The notes under the pieces were generated by a model. The model was not told the DNA's origin and did not search any database. It was given only the letters and a program-made list of their open reading frames with translations. Positions 1-9,645 of a stretch of DNA of 64,000 nucleotides are shown here, piece by piece. Made by a program: the position numbers and the translations under genes. Position 1 is the first letter of the stretch. Every line of letters starts with the position of its first letter. Origin of the DNA: Candidatus Heimdallarchaeota archaeon (GTDB lineage Archaea > Asgardarchaeota > Heimdallarchaeia > Heimdallarchaeales > Heimdallarchaeaceae); assembly GCA_030603365.1 (NCBI GenBank), contig JAUVXV010000003.1, positions 160,001-224,000 on the forward strand, written 5' to 3'.

Positions 1-225
1 ACAGATGAAAGCTTATAGATTATGATGTACTTCAGTTTTGATTTATAACTGAATTTTCATCGCCCAAGCATTCTAAAGTTTCTATTTTTCTTCATTATTT
101 TTCAATATTCAAGATTTCGAATAAGATCCAGTTTACTTTGTCATATAAATCTGGTTTCTTGATTGGTTCAATTTTATTATGAATATTTTCAGACAATAGA
201 AATCACTTCTGAATAAAAGCTTCAA

Positions 226-941
226 TTACTTACTTACTTCTACTTTTCCTTCATCCAACTTCAAGTAATAGAAAATCGCTATTGATTGTATAACAAATGC
301 AATCTTTAAACACCAATTAAACAATGTATGACCAATTCTTTGACTAGTAATGAAAATAGTATTTGATCCCCCAGAATTATCTATAAGAAATCCTATGAAA
401 ATAACTATAGCATAAATTATTGCAATACTGAACATTGATAGGTAAGTCCATTTATTGATTTTGGGGAAATCCTTGTTCCTGAAAAATGCGATAGTGTACA
501 GCAAAACAGCTGCTATCAATGAACCTGCCGCTGCTTCAATGAGGTGATTATGAGCAGGATGTTGTTCAACATAGAGAACTCCAAGATATAGTCCAGCTTG
601 AGCTATACCAAAAAAAGATCCAAAAATACTTAGATATTTAGTCAGTTTATCTTTGGTAAAATACTTCCAGATAATTGAATGATAAACAATTGAAAAAACG
701 ACATAACATAGATAGCAGTGCGGTATAATGGTTGTGAGATTGGATTGGGTTTACCACTTGGAGTAGGATCCCTCCCTAGATCTGTCAATGTATTATAGAC
801 AAAATCAAATCCTTCTGTATCACCTGTTACATGATTCCCCCCTGGATAATATATCATAGCAACTGCTTCTAATGTAAGCGCAATTACAATTAGACTAGCT
901 AAGCTGATAAAAGTGATTCTAAGTAACTTTCTTTTCATCAT
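226..941 (-). pseudogene. Frameshifted multi-pass membrane protein (DUF998-like), split into ORFs 642..941 and 226..519
   Basis: Adding one T in the minus-strand T6 run (plus A6 at 693-698) gives a continuous frame ...YVMSFFSIVYHSIIWKYFTKDKLTKYLSIFGSFFGIAQAGLYLG...HNHLIEAAAGSLIAAVLLY... that joins both ORFs. The N-terminus has a YPGG...NTLTDLG motif. Could be a sequencing error. Confidence 0.7.
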
Positions 942-983
942 CGCAAGATTAGTTTGTAGGACGAATATTTAAGCTTTCAACAG

Positions 984-1292
984 TTATTGTATTTGTTGCT
1001 CTCTTAGATTTCTAATAAATTCGAGATTAGTATGGTCACCATTAATTCGTTCCTCAATTGGATAACAACTAACCTTTAGAGCTTCTAGAATTGCTATAGG
1101 ATTTTCTGCAGAGCAATTGCACACTCTTATCTTAAATCTAGGTACATGTATCTTCCCTGACATTATCCCCCCAGTAGATAATTCATTACAATCAGCATTC
1201 CAGATACAGTCTGTTTTTTCACATCTTCGGTATCTAGTACCATACTTATTTACAAAAACTGTCTCACCCTCAAAGCACATTTTCCTCGCCAT
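984..1292 (-). CDS. Small Cys-rich hypothetical protein
   Basis: 102-aa ATG ORF with 7 Cys, including CxC; no recognised family. Confidence 0.6.
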   Translation of the reverse strand: MARKMCFEGETVFVNKYGTRYRRCEKTDCIWNADCNELSTGGIMSGKIHVPRFKIRVCNCSAENPIAILEALKVSCYPIEERINGDHTNLEFIRNLREQQIQ

Positions 1293-1435
1293 GAATACCC
1301 CATTTTTTGAAGCATGTTAACTATTAAAAAGACATGTACTACTCGAGTAAAACGTATTACACTTTATTATATGTAACATTGATTTGGAACCAGTTCTCCA
1401 TAATGTTTATTTAACGAATACTACATTTGTATTTC

Positions 1436-2527
1436 ATGGCTTATGATGCACTATTTTATACCATAGGTGCAGTTCTTGTAGGAACTGCATTATTTACTTT
1501 AATTGTTGCTTTAACTGCACGAAAAATAGACTTTGGTGATAGACTCTTTAAGATTAGAGATAGAAAAACTTTGGTACCTAGAGGACCAGTTAGGAGAAAG
1601 GCATTGGAAGGAATACCAGCCCCTTCATCCGAACCAAAAGATGAAGTCGAAGTTGTTTATGATAGTAAAAAAGCAGCGAAAAGTAAGATGAAAGCAAAAC
1701 GTGCTAAACCTAGTAGGATAGAATCATCAGAACCTGTAGAAAGAGATATAGTGGCTGATGAAGAATCAGATAGATATTATGAAGATGCTCTGACTGGACC
1801 TGCACCTGGAACTGGGTTTGCACCTAAAATGGAAGAAGCATCAGAAGAGCTTGAAGAATCATTAAAGGACTTTGATGATGAACCTGAAATGGCTGAAGAA
1901 GCTGAAATCATTGATGTATCTGAGACTATAGAAGAAGGTCATTCACGCGATTTGTCCATTCGTTTACCAAAAAATATGTGTTTAGACGAAGTATTCAGAC
2001 TCAAAATAACTCTTATCAAAGCAGAGGAATTTAGTGAGGATCTCACAATAAAAGAACTTGAACTTGATAAGAAAGAAGCTGAATATTTCTCACTTAATGT
2101 TACTAAACTTGGAGAAAAAGTTACTGAGGCAACTACAAGAATAGTTGGTCTTAAGGAAGGAACATTAATAGTGAGACCAATAGCTATCGGTAATGTTGCA
2201 GTTGTTACTCCAGGACAAAGAACAGTATTCTTTGATTCCGAAGAAGAAGAGATAGTAGTTGAGTTCTTTTTAACTCCAACAAAATGGTCTAAAGATCTAA
2301 TTAGTAATCTGAGGATCGAATTTGAACAAGAATACAAGGTTATCAAATCTGTTAACATTCCAGTAAAAATCTATAAGAGAAAACTGGAAGCTATTTTTGG
2401 TATAAATATCTCAAGATGGCAATACTATGCTTTGTTTGTTTATTCAGCTTTGGGAACTATATCTGGTCTGATAAGTTTCTTTAATGAAAAAGTAGTACAA
2501 TGGTTTCTGTATCTGGGTACTTTATAA
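1436..2527 (+). CDS. Membrane protein: N-terminal TM, acidic low-complexity linker, beta-rich domain, C-terminal TM
   Basis: ORF 1427..2527 with likely ATG at 1436; hydrophobic segments at both ends and an E/D-rich middle. Confidence 0.75.
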   Translation: MAYDALFYTIGAVLVGTALFTLIVALTARKIDFGDRLFKIRDRKTLVPRGPVRRKALEGIPAPSSEPKDEVEVVYDSKKAAKSKMKAKRAKPSRIESSEPVERDIVADEESDRYYEDALTGPAPGTGFAPKMEEASEELEESLKDFDDEPEMAEEAEIIDVSETIEEGHSRDLSIRLPKNMCLDEVFRLKITLIKAEEFSEDLTIKELELDKKEAEYFSLNVTKLGEKVTEATTRIVGLKEGTLIVRPIAIGNVAVVTPGQRTVFFDSEEEEIVVEFFLTPTKWSKDLISNLRIEFEQEYKVIKSVNIPVKIYKRKLEAIFGINISRWQYYALFVYSALGTISGLISFFNEKVVQWFLYLGTL

Positions 2528-2590
2528 CCCAATCTCTCATTTTTTTCCATCATATTTTAATATCCCAATTGAACTTTTCAAAAGAATAGT

Positions 2591-3715
2591 ATGGTTGATA
2601 AAATCCAAGTAGGCATAATCGGTTTAGGGAGAATTAGCTCTCTGCATCTTTCAGCTTACAAACCTGAAAACGAATTAGATGCTGAATTAATTGCTGTATG
2701 TGATAAGAATAAGAAAAGGGCACAAGAAGTAGCAAAAGAATTCAATGTGGAACATGTCTATACCAACTATGAAGATTTACTCTCAAATGAGGAAATTGAT
2801 GCAGTCGAGATTTTAACACCTCATCATCTTCATGCAGAACAAACAATTAAAGCTGCAAAAGCAGGGAAACACATCTCTTTGCAGAAAGTACCAGCAATGA
2901 CTTTATCTGAAATGGATAAAATGATAGAAGCAACGAAAAAGAATAAGATGAAATTCAGAGTTTTTGAAAATTTTAGATTTTACTCTCCTTACCAGTATGC
3001 AATGGATTTGATAAATAAAGGAATAATAGGTAAGACTGAGAGAGTAGATTGTAGAATGTGGAATGGGTTAAGTGCTCTTTCTGGGTGGAAAGTCCCTTTA
3101 ACCTCATGGAAATGGAGATTTAGTGAAAAAGGAAATTATAAATCTCCACAACTTTTTGATGATGGCTATCATAAACATAGCATCATTGCTCAATTTCTAG
3201 GCGAACCAATAGACTCAGTTCTAGTCTGGACAGGAGAATTCAAAATTCAAGGTGTCGTAAGACATGATACTCCTTCTGTTGTTATATACTCGTGTAAAAA
3301 TAAAGCTCATTATGGAACCTGGAATGTGAGCTTACACAAATTTCTACCAATGGAATCAGATTTTTATGCTTGCGATGAATATGTGGAAATTATTGGTGAG
3401 AAAGGAGCAATCTTCATCCCTGGATGTACAGGTAGTTTCTTTGAAAGTTGCGGAGCTAGTGCTCCTGGTCAAGCTGGAGTTCACTGGGTGGATGAAACTG
3501 GAAAATGGCATTCTAAAATAGATTTGGACACTACTTGGGATTCTTCCTTTATTAATTGCTCAAGAGAGTTTATAGAAGGAATTCGAGAAGATAGAGATAT
3601 AGACTTGACACCTAAAGAAGCCAGATATATCCTGCAAATAGGGCTTGCGGTTGTTCGTTCTATCAGAAATAATTTCAAGGAAGTTAAAATTAAAGATATA
3701 ACTGATAAACCTTAG
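2591..3715 (+). CDS. Gfo/Idh/MocA family NAD(P)-dependent oxidoreductase
   Basis: GIIGLGRI Rossmann motif, IDAVEILTPHHLH, GKHISLQK, DDGYH. Confidence 0.9.
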   Translation: MVDKIQVGIIGLGRISSLHLSAYKPENELDAELIAVCDKNKKRAQEVAKEFNVEHVYTNYEDLLSNEEIDAVEILTPHHLHAEQTIKAAKAGKHISLQKVPAMTLSEMDKMIEATKKNKMKFRVFENFRFYSPYQYAMDLINKGIIGKTERVDCRMWNGLSALSGWKVPLTSWKWRFSEKGNYKSPQLFDDGYHKHSIIAQFLGEPIDSVLVWTGEFKIQGVVRHDTPSVVIYSCKNKAHYGTWNVSLHKFLPMESDFYACDEYVEIIGEKGAIFIPGCTGSFFESCGASAPGQAGVHWVDETGKWHSKIDLDTTWDSSFINCSREFIEGIREDRDIDLTPKEARYILQIGLAVVRSIRNNFKEVKIKDITDKP

Positions 3716-3944
3716 AAGTAACAGCAAAAAATGAACAGTTGGATACGAATATGAACCTAAACATCAATTAGCTCTACAGTTAGCGGAAGAAGAATATCCA
3801 CATCCATGATATAAAGCTCTTTTATAAGCTAGTCTAGGATCTCTATTATCTATGCCAAATTCATTGTCTTTTTCAGAATTCACAAATAGAAATTTACATT
3901 CTATTATATATAAAATGAGTGAGAAAAAGAAGGGAGATTACAGT

Positions 3945-5066
3945 TCACATTGCAATCCTTTTATCAGGAAAAATTACTTCGTATTCCTTTCTTTCGATTG
4001 GATCACTTAGAGAAAAACTATACCAGTCATTATGGGTTGGAGGACCAAAACAAACTTCAACACATTTTTTCGAAACATTGAAGCTTATAGACCACAAAGT
4101 TCCAAAGAAATCTGTGTACCAATGACAACATAAACCTTTGGGAAATTCCTTGCTTAGAAACTCTCTTACATCTTTCTGTGTAATATTATCTTTTACCTCT
4201 TGAATAAAAGATTCAATAGTTTCGTATCTCTTCTGAGAATTTGGAAGAAGCCAAGGGTTGTTGAATTTGTTATATTCTAGATTCTTAGAAAGATTATAAT
4301 GATTAGTTGCTATAACATATTCTTTTTCACTTGTATTATCATATTTTTCTATTATGAAACAACCATCAAAACCTTCCATCAAAGCAGCTTTACCAGATTT
4401 ATCAGAGAGAATGAAAGTTGTTGATCCTTCAGTCGGTATTTTCTCTAATAGTTTTGATGCTTCTGCAACATTCTTACAATTATCTAGTAAAACACGTGTG
4501 ACTAAAGACCAATTTATCGATTTAGTTTCCATTTTAGCATTCCATGCACCACCAGCTGAGTTAGTTACACATAACCCTTGATCATTCAATCCATCGTAAC
4601 GACCATAAACCATACCTGAAAAACCGATGTGTTTATACTTTCCTTTTACCTGAGTAGTTCTGAGTTGTAGGTCTTCATCATTATGATTCCATTCATAACT
4701 TCTACCTACTAATACTTCATTATTTTTAGTTAAAGGTGGGAGAAGAGTGAATTGACTACATTGTTGAATTGAATTTGGAAAATCATAGAAGAAGAGTTTA
4801 TTGAGCTCTGTTTCCAATTCTTCTGCAAAACCTTGAGCTTCTTCACTCAAACCAGGGCACAGTTCATCATAGAATTCATAAACTTTGTTAAAACTAGAGA
4901 ATTTTGACTTTTCAACATTGAATTTTCCAGATGTATACATCTTCACAGCAGCTTTATTTTTCTTAATAATCTCGCCTTGTTTCTTACCTATCTCATAATG
5001 TGATCCTTCCAACAAATGGTGTTCAAATTTCATATTATGTATTGTGTATTTTTCGTTCATTTTCAA
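3945..5066 (-). CDS. Peptidase C45 family Ntn-hydrolase (acyl-CoA:6-APA acyltransferase-like)
   Basis: GSHYEIGKKQG, autocleavage Cys in QCSQF, GRSYEW, DGLNDQGL, ATNHY. Confidence 0.85.
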   Translation of the reverse strand: MKMNEKYTIHNMKFEHHLLEGSHYEIGKKQGEIIKKNKAAVKMYTSGKFNVEKSKFSSFNKVYEFYDELCPGLSEEAQGFAEELETELNKLFFYDFPNSIQQCSQFTLLPPLTKNNEVLVGRSYEWNHNDEDLQLRTTQVKGKYKHIGFSGMVYGRYDGLNDQGLCVTNSAGGAWNAKMETKSINWSLVTRVLLDNCKNVAEASKLLEKIPTEGSTTFILSDKSGKAALMEGFDGCFIIEKYDNTSEKEYVIATNHYNLSKNLEYNKFNNPWLLPNSQKRYETIESFIQEVKDNITQKDVREFLSKEFPKGLCCHWYTDFFGTLWSISFNVSKKCVEVCFGPPTHNDWYSFSLSDPIERKEYEVIFPDKRIAM

Positions 5067-5293
5067 ACCTTCACAGATTGTAAAATAAACGTCTAAATGT
5101 GCCCTTATAACATTTTTCCGCTTTATTTTAAATACAGTGTCAGAAGAATTAAATACATTTAAATTCGCCTTACATTTTCAGTAAAATTACAAAAAAAATG
5201 AGTAAAAATATTTTATTCTAATTTAAACTATTCATACTGATTTTAAATTTGCATTACACGGTTTCTGTTTCTTCGATGAGAATCTACCAGAAA

Positions 5294-6061
5294 TTACAGT
5301 AAGTAGTCTACTGCTAAGTCATACATTTTGTTAAAACGTGCCTGTTTAGATTTCATATAGCGTATTAGTCTATCCAGAACTGTTATTCGATAAGCATGAC
5401 CTATGCAACTTGGATGACAGGTAAGAGTATAGATTTTCTTACCATCTTTTAGGTCTTCCATCTCTAATAATGCATCAAACTGTGATTTCCAAATATCAAA
5501 GACTTCTGTTGGTGATTTTTGATGAGTTTCAAAAAGAATCCAATCATCCATGAACCATTCGATTGGGAATTCAACAAGATTTCTAGGGGACTCAGGGACA
5601 GAATAGATATATGGTCTATCTTCATCCATGAAAGAGGAATCATATCGATACCCCATTTCTGCAATGATTGTTAGAGTATTTTTAGACATTTTCCAATAGG
5701 GGGCTCTGAACCCTTTGATACTGATATCTAGGTCCTCAAACAGCTTATCTGTATGTTCGTGAACAACAGTCTCTTCACTGAATTCAATTTTATCTAATTC
5801 TTCATGTAAATAACCATGTGCTCCAATTTCATGACCTTCATCTCTTATGGAAGCAACAGTTTCAGGATATTTTTCAACGACCCAACCACATACAAAGAAA
5901 GTTCCCTTTATATCGTACTTCTTTAGAAGTTCTAAAATACGAGGAACTCCTCTTTGAATCGCAAATTGACCTTTAGAGACCTTGACAGGTTCATCTCCTC
6001 TTCGGATTTGAGCGCTTTCAGCATCAAGATCAAAGGTTAGACAGACATCAATATTTTTCAT
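5294..6061 (-). CDS. Polysaccharide deacetylase (CE4/NodB, PuuE-like)
   Basis: LTFDLD, GTFFVCG, HEIGAHGYLHE, GFRAPYW, YDSS, CHP motifs. Confidence 0.9.
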   Translation of the reverse strand: MKNIDVCLTFDLDAESAQIRRGDEPVKVSKGQFAIQRGVPRILELLKKYDIKGTFFVCGWVVEKYPETVASIRDEGHEIGAHGYLHEELDKIEFSEETVVHEHTDKLFEDLDISIKGFRAPYWKMSKNTLTIIAEMGYRYDSSFMDEDRPYIYSVPESPRNLVEFPIEWFMDDWILFETHQKSPTEVFDIWKSQFDALLEMEDLKDGKKIYTLTCHPSCIGHAYRITVLDRLIRYMKSKQARFNKMYDLAVDYLL

Positions 6062-6111
6062 AATATAACAATAGGGGTTTTAAGAAGAAAAATGTTGTGC
6101 TTGGAATACAG

Positions 6112-6290
6112 CTATAACTTAAGAATTTCCTTAACCTTAAGTAAGTTAAATTTATAGAAATTTCTTGATTGAAATGCTTGAAACTCATTCTTGTTTTATT
6201 TGATTGCATAGGTGCATTTGTATTCATATTTCCTGTTGCAATATATTCTACATCAGGATATTTCTCATAAGTTGTTGGAAATAAATGAAG
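6112..6290 (-). pseudogene. C-terminal remnant of a GNAT N-acetyltransferase
   Basis: Translates YEKYPDVEYIATGNMNTNAPMQSNKTRMSFK, resembling the GNAT T-x-N-xxx-N-x-PM-xx-IN-xx-MGF motif, then after a frameshift YKFNLLKVKEILKL*. No start codon. Confidence 0.55.
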
Positions 6291-6293
6291 ATT

Positions 6294-6773
6294 TTATGCT
6301 AAATAAATCTCCTTATCAGTCCATCTAGTGGATCTCTTGAAAAGCCAGATTATCTGCCCAAGATGTCTGAGTTCATGAAATATGAAACCTACTATAACAG
6401 CATGACGAGTTTTCTTTCCTCTAAAACTGTCCACTATTTCTGCTTCTTCTTGTCTTCCCAAGAAAGAAAGACGTTGTTTGATAATATCTGAAACAAGGAT
6501 GAATGAATCTCGTAGTTCATCTATACTCACTTTATTATTGCTTTCCTGACCTGTACTAATAGCAATATTCGGAGCTTCAAGTTTTTCTCCTCCTGGCAAA
6601 TTTTCTAATAGCCAGTAATTGCTCATGAGAATGTGTCGAAATAACTGTTCAGAGCTCCAAGTTTTCTTGGTTTCTGTAAAATGAAAGTGTTTTAAATCTA
6701 CTTTAGTAAATCTTTCAAGAATTCCTGATCTTTCCTCTTCAAGTAAGGAATAAAGTTGGAGTAAAGTTGGCAT
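6294..6773 (-). CDS. DinB family protein
   Basis: WSSEQLFRHI and HELRHLGQI metal-binding His motifs. Confidence 0.85.
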   Translation of the reverse strand: MPTLLQLYSLLEEERSGILERFTKVDLKHFHFTETKKTWSSEQLFRHILMSNYWLLENLPGGEKLEAPNIAISTGQESNNKVSIDELRDSFILVSDIIKQRLSFLGRQEEAEIVDSFRGKKTRHAVIVGFIFHELRHLGQIIWLFKRSTRWTDKEIYLA

Positions 6774-6899
6774 GAGTAAATGAATAGTTGAGAATTAATA
6801 AGGTTTACCAGAAAAATTTCAACCTCTATCTAATTTGTATGTGCCTATTCAGTTAGAGATAAGATTATAAGCTCTTCAACAATCAGCAATTTGGTAACA

Positions 6900-7598
6900 A
6901 TGTCTGATGATTTTGACTTCGACAAATACTGGCTAAGGGTATTCTCTATGTGTTTAGACGACATAGCAGGAGAAGAAGTTAAGAAGAAAGTTCTAGAAGG
7001 TAGCGAAAATATCTCTTCTGATACAACAAGAGATGATGTCTTAGACTGGTCAAAAGGAGCTATGGAAAAGCTAGATAATCTTGTTGATGAAGAACAGAAA
7101 TACGAAATCATGACTGGTTGTTCTTGTCAATATCCAAGATCAAATCTACAAGAATTCAAACAACTTTATGCTGAAACACAAGATCTAGAATTAGTTCATA
7201 GTAAAATGCAAAATCAGTTCGAAACATTTCTAACTGAAACCTTGAAATTGGAAGAAAAATATGTTAAAGCGATAATTGAACGAAATATGGGTATGGCAGG
7301 AAAACTGGAAGGTAATAAAATTATCGCTACTAAAATTCCTAAAAGCGCATTTGTAAAAGAGTGGTTTGAAGAAACTGACCCTGACAAAAGAAGAGCGCTA
7401 TTTTGTCATTGTCCAAGAGTTAGAGATTCTCTCGTTGACCCAAATAAATCACTGCCTGAGCACTACTGTCTTTGTGGAGCTGGTTTCTATAGAGGAATTT
7501 GGGAAGAAATTCTTCAGAAATCTGTTAGAGTTGAAGTTTTAGAGACAGTCATGCAAGGAGATGAAGTTTGTAAGGTAGGTATTTTCCTTCCGGAATAA
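6900..7598 (+). CDS. Cys-rich DUF6144/V4R-like putative metal-binding protein
   Basis: GCSC, CHCP, YCLCGAG and VEVLETVMQGDEVC; likely ATG at 6900. Confidence 0.65.
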   Translation: MSDDFDFDKYWLRVFSMCLDDIAGEEVKKKVLEGSENISSDTTRDDVLDWSKGAMEKLDNLVDEEQKYEIMTGCSCQYPRSNLQEFKQLYAETQDLELVHSKMQNQFETFLTETLKLEEKYVKAIIERNMGMAGKLEGNKIIATKIPKSAFVKEWFEETDPDKRRALFCHCPRVRDSLVDPNKSLPEHYCLCGAGFYRGIWEEILQKSVRVEVLETVMQGDEVCKVGIFLPE

Positions 7599-7628
7599 AT
7601 TAATAAATAACAAATTTAAGAAATCTTC

Positions 7629-8891
7629 ATGAGTAAATCTAAAGTATTCATGGTAAGTACAGAAAATATTTTTCGTGACGATTCATTAATTGATCGTCTA
7701 GAGTCATTATGGAATGATGAAAATGTTGGTTTAAGTGAATGGATAAAACCAAATGAAATTGTTATTATAAAGACTCATTTTGGAAGTAGGAATCAGACTC
7801 GTCATTTAAGACCAATGTATATTAGAAAAGTAGTTGATCTGGTTAGAGAAGCAGGCGGAATTCCATGGGTCTGTGAAGGTGTAGGATTGGGTTGGGATGA
7901 AGCCAATAAAGAGTTAACAATGTCTAATGGACCCGGATTTCTTAACTTGGGAAACCAACATGGTATAAATACTGGTTCTATGAATGCTCCAGTTATAATG
8001 GATGATGGAGTGATTGGGACTGAAGTATTCAAAGTAAAAAATGAGAACGGTAAATATATCCAAGATGTAGCTGTTGCAATGGGACTGAAAATAGCTGATA
8101 AGACAATAATTCTCTCTCGATTCAAAGGGCATGATGGTGCTGGATTCGGAGGTGCATTGAAACAGCTGGGAATTGGTTGTGTTGGTAAAGAAGGAAAAGG
8201 AGGAGCTCATTTTGGTGGTGGGCACAATATTCATGTCAAGAATCCTGATAATTGTACCGCTTGTGGTAAATGTATCCGCATATGTCCTACACAATGTCTT
8301 TCTCTTGATGAAAACAATAAAATTGTTCATGATGCAGATAACTGTATAGCTTGTTTGATGTGTTTTGCTAAATGTCATTATGGTATTAAACCCGAGGAAA
8401 TGGAAGAGAGACAAGTTTTTGCTAGAAAGAAACGTGTTCCTAGTGTAGAGCAAGTTGAACGGATGATGGATAATGCCGCAGGAGTTGTAAAAGGTGTTGG
8501 TGAAGATAGACTTAGATACATAAACATCGCAATCGATATTACTAGTCATTGCGATTGTGCAACAGCTGGTGGGAATCTTCTTGTACCTGATTTAGGAATC
8601 TTTTATTCTGAGGATCCAATAGCGATTGACCAAGCATGTGTTGATTTAGTCACTCAATCTCCAGGAATGCCAAAATCACCTGCAGAAACTGGAATTAAAG
8701 CGCCAATGGCAACAATAGATCCAATACCTGAAGCAATGGAAGCAGGAGCGGAAAAACTAGGTTTGTTCAGTATTTGGGTAGATGAAGAATCTAGACCAAT
8801 TATTACTGAATCCCAACTGTCAAGTGCTCATGCTCAAGGATTAGGATCTCGAGAATACGAGCTTATTGATTTAACACCTAAGAAGGATTAG
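7629..8891 (+). CDS. DUF362 domain Fe-S protein with 2x[4Fe-4S] ferredoxin insert
   Basis: IKTHFG, FKGH..GFGGALKQLGIGC, CTACGKCIRICP, CIACLMC, CDC, DPIAIDQA. Confidence 0.88.
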   Translation: MSKSKVFMVSTENIFRDDSLIDRLESLWNDENVGLSEWIKPNEIVIIKTHFGSRNQTRHLRPMYIRKVVDLVREAGGIPWVCEGVGLGWDEANKELTMSNGPGFLNLGNQHGINTGSMNAPVIMDDGVIGTEVFKVKNENGKYIQDVAVAMGLKIADKTIILSRFKGHDGAGFGGALKQLGIGCVGKEGKGGAHFGGGHNIHVKNPDNCTACGKCIRICPTQCLSLDENNKIVHDADNCIACLMCFAKCHYGIKPEEMEERQVFARKKRVPSVEQVERMMDNAAGVVKGVGEDRLRYINIAIDITSHCDCATAGGNLLVPDLGIFYSEDPIAIDQACVDLVTQSPGMPKSPAETGIKAPMATIDPIPEAMEAGAEKLGLFSIWVDEESRPIITESQLSSAHAQGLGSREYELIDLTPKKD

Positions 8892-8954
8892 AGATTTTAC
8901 CACGTTTAAAAGTAAAATCTTTTAAATTACTTTTTTTGCATATCACGACCTCTA

Positions 8955-9638
8955 GTGAATGTTGTTAGAATAGTTCTTCTTACAGTTTTTTGTTTAATCT
9001 CTATGATCCATTTACTTGGAGAATATTTCTCCGAAAGAGGAAAAGAACGTTCTATATTAATCCGTTATATCACAAAACCTCTATTGATACCAATTTTGAT
9101 AGTATTCTATGTTATTGCAAACCCTTCAATAAATTGGTGGATTGTAGTTGCACTTATTGGTGGTTTTCTTGGAGATGTCTTTCTAATGATTCCTGATCCA
9201 GAGAAGAAAAAATTCTGGTTAAAGATAGGTCTAATCTCATTTCTACTAGGGCATATTTTCTATATTGTTGCCTTTATTCTAACAGCCCAGAATTTCAACC
9301 ATTATCAGTGGTGGAGTGTATTTTTGGCTATCCCATTTGTAATTGGAGCACTAATAGCTCATCCTAGAATGACGAAACACACTGGAGATATGACAATAGC
9401 TGTTACAGCGTATATTATTGTAATAGCATTGATGGGAATCAGTACAACTTTCTTACTAGGGTTTGGAACAGTAATAGGTTTTGTTCTTCTCTATATTGGA
9501 GCTTGGGCTTTTGCTATCTCTGATATCTTAAATGGTATTGGTAAATTCATTAACGATTTCAAGTATGAACGAGTTATCACAATGTTTACATATGTACTGG
9601 GGCAATTGTTACTTGTCTTGGGAATGATATATTCATGA
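8955..9638 (+). CDS. yhhN: Lysoplasmalogenase-like membrane protein (YhhN/TMEM86 family)
   Basis: TKPLLIP, LGDVFL, FLLGHIFY, AISD and TYVLGQ motifs; multiple TM helices. Confidence 0.85.
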   Translation: MNVVRIVLLTVFCLISMIHLLGEYFSERGKERSILIRYITKPLLIPILIVFYVIANPSINWWIVVALIGGFLGDVFLMIPDPEKKKFWLKIGLISFLLGHIFYIVAFILTAQNFNHYQWWSVFLAIPFVIGALIAHPRMTKHTGDMTIAVTAYIIVIALMGISTTFLLGFGTVIGFVLLYIGAWAFAISDILNGIGKFINDFKYERVITMFTYVLGQLLLVLGMIYS

Positions 9639-9645
9639 AGAATTC

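Noticed and set aside
3747-3855. Possible decayed TPR-like fragment (EYEPKHQLALQLAEEEYPHP*YKALL*ASLGSLLS)
   Set aside because: Too short, has two stops and no start; the resemblance is only impressionistic.
7802-8549. Long antisense ORFs (e.g. 7914..8549, 1939..2358, 58665..59084 and those inside 53232..58127)
   Set aside because: Shadow frames fully overlapping well-supported genes, with no recognisable motifs.
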